Assembly: GCA_030587475.2 (NCBI GenBank) | Contig: JAUQYZ020000261.1 | Location: forward strand, 1-30,096 | From: Candidatus Sigynarchaeum calidifontis | Lineage (GTDB): Archaea > Asgardarchaeota > Lokiarchaeia > Sigyniarchaeales > Sigyniarchaeaceae | Length of the DNA stretch: 30,096 nucleotides | Direction of reading: 5' to 3' | Part shown: in pieces, positions 25,475 through 30,096 of the stretch | How the letters are laid out: the number at the start of each line of letters is the position of its first letter | Numbering within the stretch: the stretch's first letter is position 1 | Position numbers and translations under genes: made by a program | The notes under the pieces: generated by a model | Seen by the model: only the letters and a program-made list of their open reading frames with translations | Database searches by the model: none | What the model was told of the DNA's origin: nothing

Positions 25475-26146
25475 TCACGCGGAAAAGCCATCCGTTCCGA
25501 TCAGCGGGACGAAGACCACCCCGCAGATGTCCTTCTGGGAGATTTTACCTTCCTTTTTCGTGACCTCGTAGAGCGTCTGGTAGCCGTGCTTGTCGCCAAC
25601 GGGAATGAGGAGGATCCCGTCCTCGGCTAGTTGGTCCGCTAGTGCTTGCGGGACTCGCGGTGCCGCCGCAGTAACCAGGATCCGGTCGTAAGGTGCCTCC
25701 GGCGCATACCCGAGGGTGCCATCTGATACGATCACGGTCACCATATCTTTATATCCAGCCTTTTCTAGCTGCTCCTTGGCATTTTCAGCTAGCGATTGTA
25801 TTCGCTCTACAGTATACACGTGACCACCAATACCAGATAATTTCAAAACCTCGGCGCACAAAGCAGCGTGATAGCCGGAGCCCGTGCCAATTTCAAGCAC
25901 CTTTAAGGGATTTTTGCCCTCCAGCTTCAAGCTGGAACACATCATGGCGTTCATGTGCGGGGCGGATATGGTTTGGCCTAGACCGATGCTGAGCGGCCTG
26001 TCCTCGTAAGCCGACGATTTCACGTCGTCCGGCAGGAAATCCTCCCTGGCCACGTTCTCCATTGCTTGGCGGACGAGCTTCGTGGCGATATAACCAGATT
26101 TCTCGAGCCGGTCGAGCAGCTGCTTTTTTTGTTCCCCGATATCCAT
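25475..26146 (-). CDS. pcm: Protein-L-isoaspartate O-methyltransferase
   Basis: AYEDRPLSIGLGQTISAPHM, VLEIGTGSGYHAA, GDG-equivalent SDGTLG, APYDRILVTAAA and FVPL. Confidence 0.96.
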   Translation of the reverse strand: MDIGEQKKQLLDRLEKSGYIATKLVRQAMENVAREDFLPDDVKSSAYEDRPLSIGLGQTISAPHMNAMMCSSLKLEGKNPLKVLEIGTGSGYHAALCAEVLKLSGIGGHVYTVERIQSLAENAKEQLEKAGYKDMVTVIVSDGTLGYAPEAPYDRILVTAAAPRVPQALADQLAEDGILLIPVGDKHGYQTLYEVTKKEGKISQKDICGVVFVPLIGTDGFSA

Positions 26147-26284
26147 GGTGTACTTCATCCCGCGTGCCAGACGGCGAGCTATGTGGCGCAGCATTTTTTC
26201 ATTCTCGTGATTTTATATCTCCAAAGTCATATTTGTCTCTATTCGATCTAGGAACGCAGTCCCACGGACGCAAAAGGTACCTCT

Positions 26285-27214
26285 ATGACGAAAAAACCGC
26301 AGTTGATCGGCTTGGGAGAGATAGCCTTGGATTGGGTCGATGAAATACCCCATTTCCCGCAACCGGACGAGAAAATTGACGCAATAAGCCAAAATTTCTT
26401 CATGGGTGGCGTTACCGCCAATTTCCTCGCGGGTGCCGCGAAGCTCGGGGCGGAAACAGGTTTCCTCGGGGCGGTCGGCAACGACGAGTACGGCACGTTC
26501 CTTCTCGAAGGGCTGAAGCGAGCTGGTATCGACGCGTCGCTCGTGAAGCGGAAGGACAAAACCGCCGTGAACTTTATCATGGTAGCAAAGGACTCGGGAG
26601 AGAAGATCATCATCCAATCGCCTTACATGCAGACCACCAAGCTCTTGCCAGGCGACATCAACGAGGAATACTTCTCGAATGCCAAGGCACTGCACACGAC
26701 AGCCATCCACGAGGATCTCACGCTCGAATGCTTGCGCATCGCCAAGCGAAGAGGCATCACGGTCTCCCTCGACCTCGAGAAACAAATCGCGGTTCGAGGC
26801 TTGGCCGCGTTGAAACCCATCATCAAGGACGTCGACATATTGCTCCCGAACAAAGAAGGGGCGAAGACGCTCACGGGCGAATCGGATATCAAGCTCTCTG
26901 CCAAGAAATTCCTCGATTGGGGGCCGAAGATCGTTATTATGACCCTCGGCGGCGAAGGGTGCCTCGTCACGACCCCGACGATGCAAAAGCGAATTCCCGC
27001 CTACAAGGTGAACGTGTTGGACACGACCGGCGCGGGCGACGCGTTCTGCGCCGCGTTCATCACGGCACACGTGATCAAGGGGCTTGATATAGAGGCAGCG
27101 GCATCATTTGCCAACGCGGCAGCGGCCTTAAAGGTTCAACACCTCGGGGCGACGAGCGGGCAGCCCACGTGGGAAGAGGTGAAACGATTTCAAGCAGAAC
27201 ACGGCGTTAATTGA
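26285..27214 (+). CDS. PfkB/ribokinase-family carbohydrate kinase
   Basis: GGVTAN..GAAKLG, GAVGNDEYG, PNKEGA, TLGGEG and DTTGAGDAF. Confidence 0.95.
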   Translation: MTKKPQLIGLGEIALDWVDEIPHFPQPDEKIDAISQNFFMGGVTANFLAGAAKLGAETGFLGAVGNDEYGTFLLEGLKRAGIDASLVKRKDKTAVNFIMVAKDSGEKIIIQSPYMQTTKLLPGDINEEYFSNAKALHTTAIHEDLTLECLRIAKRRGITVSLDLEKQIAVRGLAALKPIIKDVDILLPNKEGAKTLTGESDIKLSAKKFLDWGPKIVIMTLGGEGCLVTTPTMQKRIPAYKVNVLDTTGAGDAFCAAFITAHVIKGLDIEAAASFANAAAALKVQHLGATSGQPTWEEVKRFQAEHGVN

Positions 27215-27325
27215 CGCCCGAAGATTTCCTATTAAAACACTTCCATTCGAGCAAGATTTTTATCTTTTTACAGACTCCCTCGATCATCCGTTTTTAATTC
27301 AAATCGCAAAGAAGCTGGTATTGTT

Positions 27326-28552
27326 ATGGTGCTTAAGGTCACGAAATCAGCACTCCCACCAATCGAAAAGTCCGAAAGCCCCGAGATGGTCGAGCGCAAG
27401 GGCAAAGGCCATCCCGACTCCGTGTCCGACGAGTGCGCCGAGGCAATCTCCCGGGCGCTCTCGAAATATTATCTCGACAACTTCGGCCAAGCGTTCCATC
27501 ACAACGTGGACAAGTTCTCCATCATCGGCGGTATAGCCAAGCCGAAGTTTGGCGGTGGAGACATCATCGAACTCCAGAAGTTCCTTGCCATTGGCCGTGC
27601 CACCAGCCAGGTAATGGTCAAGGGAAACATCCACTATGTCCCCGTCGGCACGATCGTGGTCGACGCCGTGCGGGACGTGATCAAGAAGACGTTCAGGAAC
27701 CTCGACCCTGACACGCATTGCATCATCGATCATGTATTGCGCCCGGGGTCACTGGATCTCGTTGGCGTGTTTGATGCAGGCGTCAACGCGGTTCCTCTTG
27801 CTAATGATACGAGCTTCGGAGTTGGATTCGCCCCGTTCTCCGATGCAGAGAAGATTACGTACGAGGCCGAGCAGTTACTGAACAGCGACAAGTTCAAGAA
27901 GAAATGCCCGGCTTCGGGTGAGGATATCAAGGTCATGACCCACCGGCTCGGCAATGAAGTGAACGTGACGGTCTGCAACGCGATGGTTTCAAAGTATTGC
28001 CCTGATAAGAGCGCATATTTGAACGCGCGGGAGGAAGTCAAGAACGCGGTCGAGGATCTCGCTGCTAAACTCATCCCCAATAAAAATGTTAAAGTCAATG
28101 TGAACACCGGGGATATTATTGACAAGGACGTGTATTTCCTGACGATCACGGGGACCTCCGCTGAAAACGGCGACGATGGTGTCGTCGGTCGTGGCAACCG
28201 TGCATCTGGACTCATCACGCCGACGAATGGCCGCCCGCAGACCCTTGAAGCAGCGGCTGGAAAGAACCCCATCAACCACGTGGGCAAGATCTATTCGATC
28301 ATGAGCAACGAGATCGCGAAGAAAATCGTCGAGGCTGCCAAGGGCGACGCGATCGAGGTCTATGTCCGTTTGCTCAGCCAGATCGGCCATCCGATCAACG
28401 ATCCATGGCTCGGTGACATCGAGATCAAGGTCGCCCCCAACGCCGATTTCAAGCGGCTGGAAAAGCTCGGCAAGGAAATCGCCCAATCCGTCCTGGATGA
28501 CTGGATGGGTATCAGGAAGATGCTGCTTGAAGGCAAGGCGAGGATCTGGTAA
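27326..28552 (+). CDS. mat: S-adenosylmethionine synthetase (archaeal type)
   Basis: EMVERKGKGHPDS, HHNVDK, ANDTSFGVG, GEDIKVM, GTSAENGDDG.VGRGNR and AAGKNP..HVGKIY. Confidence 0.97.
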   Translation: MVLKVTKSALPPIEKSESPEMVERKGKGHPDSVSDECAEAISRALSKYYLDNFGQAFHHNVDKFSIIGGIAKPKFGGGDIIELQKFLAIGRATSQVMVKGNIHYVPVGTIVVDAVRDVIKKTFRNLDPDTHCIIDHVLRPGSLDLVGVFDAGVNAVPLANDTSFGVGFAPFSDAEKITYEAEQLLNSDKFKKKCPASGEDIKVMTHRLGNEVNVTVCNAMVSKYCPDKSAYLNAREEVKNAVEDLAAKLIPNKNVKVNVNTGDIIDKDVYFLTITGTSAENGDDGVVGRGNRASGLITPTNGRPQTLEAAAGKNPINHVGKIYSIMSNEIAKKIVEAAKGDAIEVYVRLLSQIGHPINDPWLGDIEIKVAPNADFKRLEKLGKEIAQSVLDDWMGIRKMLLEGKARIW

Positions 28553-28643
28553 TTTCTTTTTATTTTGCAATTTCTTGTACCAAAATCTATTTAATTTCTC
28601 CCGCATTCATGCTTGATGTGCGTGAAAACCTGGTGATGGACGC

Positions 28644-28823
28644 GTGTACGACATTCTAGGCTGGCTGTTGATCATCGTGGCAGCGATACTGTTCGTGTTC
28701 GTCGTGCTCCACGTTGAATCCGGAAAGAAGCTATCGCTCAAGTTCACCACTATCTCGGTAATTATCGCATCTTTCTGCATCGGCTACGGCATCCATTTCT
28801 TGCTTCTCAACGCCGGTTTATGA
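28644..28823 (+). CDS. OST5/TMEM258-like 2-TM protein (59 aa); not in the ORF track
   Basis: GTG 28644 after GGTGA (RBS-like): MYDILGWLLIIVAAILFVFVVLHVESGKKLSLKFTTISVIIASFCIGYGIHFLLLNAGL. The second helix resembles TMEM258 [17 protein letters not shown] (from memory). Confidence 0.7.
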   Translation: MYDILGWLLIIVAAILFVFVVLHVESGKKLSLKFTTISVIIASFCIGYGIHFLLLNAGL

Positions 28824-28943
28824 ATAGGTTTTTAGAAATTCGCGGCTCTTACATCCTTTTTTGTTCCCCGTCCCGCGTGTTAGTAAATTAATACATGCCC
28901 GTCGTATTAAACGCCGCCGGGATAGGAGACATCAGCAAACCAT

Positions 28944-28950
28944 AGGAGGT
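28944..28950 (+). promoter_or_regulatory. Shine-Dalgarno sequence of the RPA gene
   Basis: AGGAGGT 8 nt upstream of TTG 28959. Confidence 0.65.
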
Positions 28951-28958
28951 CATCACTG

Positions 28959-30096
28959 TTGAGCCAAGATATCTCGTTGGAGGAGGTCATACGTACCATC
29001 GTGTCACAAACTGGCCTTTCCCGTGAGGAAATCAGGAAACAAATCGATGATACGATTGCAAGTTTTAATGGATTACTCACGGAGGTCGGTGCCGCCCTCA
29101 TCATCGGTGACCGGCTTGGCGTGAAGGTCAACGCCCATTCGCCCCAATCCGGATCCCAGGCAGATGCTGCCGGGATGGATTCCGCCGTCAAGATCAAGGA
29201 CTTGATCGACGGTATGAAAAGCATCAACGTGTACGGTCGGGTGGCCGGCATCACTCCAGCGAGGGAATTCCAAAAAAAGGATGGCCGGAAAGGGACTGTT
29301 GCATCGATCATCTTGAAAGACGCGACTGGCCAGGTCCGGGTTTCGTGTTGGGATCACAGGGCAAACCTGGTAGAAGCATCCATCAAACAAGGAGATATCA
29401 TCGAGGTTTGCAACGCATACACGAAAATCGGGAGGGAAAACACGGTCGAACTGCATGTCGACAACCGTGGCATGTTGAAACCGAAACCTAAAGGCCTCGA
29501 CGAGTCCGCCTTCCCTGCCGTTCCAATTTCTTCCAACGGCGGGCTTAATTCTGCCACGGGCCCGCTAGGCACGGTCGCGTCTGTTAAGATAGCCGAGGTC
29601 AAGGAGGACACGCGGTTCTGCAGCTTCGCGGCTCGCGTGCTCGAAAAGCTCCCTCCCAAGGCGTTCTCGCGGAAGGACGGCACGGAGGGTTCGGTCGCCC
29701 GCGTGCGGGTCGCGGACGAGTCCGGTTCCGCATACGTCGTGTTCTGGGCGGATCAAATGGACGAATATAATAGCTTGAGCGCGGGCGACGTGTACCAGTT
29801 CGAGAACCTGACCGTGAAGAAGAATTCATTCGGTAACAGCATCACGATCGAGTTCCACGCGAACCGGGGCTCGAAGATCACAAGGTCCGAAAAAAAAATA
29901 GAGGTCACAACCGATTCAACCGCTCCTCCCAACGGTGCATCGGGCTCGTCAGCACCCGTCGCGGTGACCACTATTGCCGACGTGAAGGGGGATATGCGTT
30001 TCTGCAGCTTCGCGGCTCGCGTGCTCGAAAAGCTCCCTCCCAAGGCGTTCTCGCGGAAGGACGGCACGGAGGGTTCGGTCGCCCGCGTGCGGGTCG
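28959..30096 (+). CDS. rpa: Replication protein A (multi-OB-fold ssDNA-binding protein), 3'-truncated; not in the ORF track
   Basis: Open from TTG 28959 to the window end. Helical N-domain (TGLSREEIRKQI...GLLTEVGAALII...LGV), then OB folds KIKDL...INVYGRV...FQKKDGRKGTVASIILKDATGQVRVSCWD and FAARV...FSRKDGTEGSVARVRVADESGSAYVVFW. Confidence 0.9.
   Translation, partial: MSQDISLEEVIRTIVSQTGLSREEIRKQIDDTIASFNGLLTEVGAALIIGDRLGVKVNAHSPQSGSQADAAGMDSAVKIKDLIDGMKSINVYGRVAGITPAREFQKKDGRKGTVASIILKDATGQVRVSCWDHRANLVEASIKQGDIIEVCNAYTKIGRENTVELHVDNRGMLKPKPKGLDESAFPAVPISSNGGLNSATGPLGTVASVKIAEVKEDTRFCSFAARVLEKLPPKAFSRKDGTEGSVARVRVADESGSAYVVFWADQMDEYNSLSAGDVYQFENLTVKKNSFGNSITIEFHANRGSKITRSEKKIEVTTDSTAPPNGASGSSAPVAVTTIADVKGDMRFCSFAARVLEKLPPKAFSRKDGTEGSVARVRV
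29616..30096 (+). repeat. 97-nt exact direct repeat (29616-29712 = 30000-30096), offset 384 nt
   Basis: Base-by-base identity of TTCTGCAGC...GCGGGTCG. In frame (128-codon period); both copies encode FCSFAARVLEKLPPKAFSRKDGTEGSVARVRV. Confidence 0.95.

Noticed and set aside
5922-28606. Long antisense or alternate-frame ORFs (e.g. 5927-6760, 6904-7947, 13697-14518, 26213-27070, 27989-28606)
   Set aside because: They overlap well-supported genes, are Arg/Gly/Pro-rich or mirror the sense codon pattern, and are expected shadows in GC-rich coding DNA.
29616-30096. CRISPR array or DGR template/variable repeat
   Set aside because: Only two in-frame identical copies within a coding sequence; no spacers, no adenine-specific mismatches, and no reverse transcriptase or cas genes.

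Overview
Gene-dense, moderately GC-rich archaeal DNA, very probably from an Asgard archaeon (Lokiarchaeia-like; inferred from gene content). Housekeeping genes: both PolD subunits arranged head-to-head, RtcB, archease, Nre, PIMT, an NrdG-type radical SAM enzyme, a PfkB kinase, archaeal SAM synthetase, a 5'-truncated geranylgeranyl reductase and a 3'-truncated multi-OB RPA. Several eukaryotic-signature-like genes are mixed in. The most striking is a co-oriented minus-strand trio at 20039-21816: (i) a 141-aa protein with a coiled coil, two GPPPPP motifs and a C-terminal helix resembling the Ena/VASP F-actin-binding motif, (ii) a roadblock/LC7 protein, and (iii) a 209-aa all-helical protein resembling a Vps5/SNX-type BAR domain. 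A longin-wHTH gene lies nearby. Together these are a candidate actin-elongation and membrane-shaping module. Also present: a three-gelsolin-domain protein with long charged helices, a short OST5/TMEM258-like gene absent from the ORF track, a divergent group-4 hydrogenase-like pair with altered metal motifs, a bacterial-type RNase PH, an AT-rich orphan+LRR islet, and a 97-nt exact repeat inside RPA at the window end. No rRNA, tRNA, CRISPR or IS element was recognised. All family calls come from motif recognition by eye; no searches were run.
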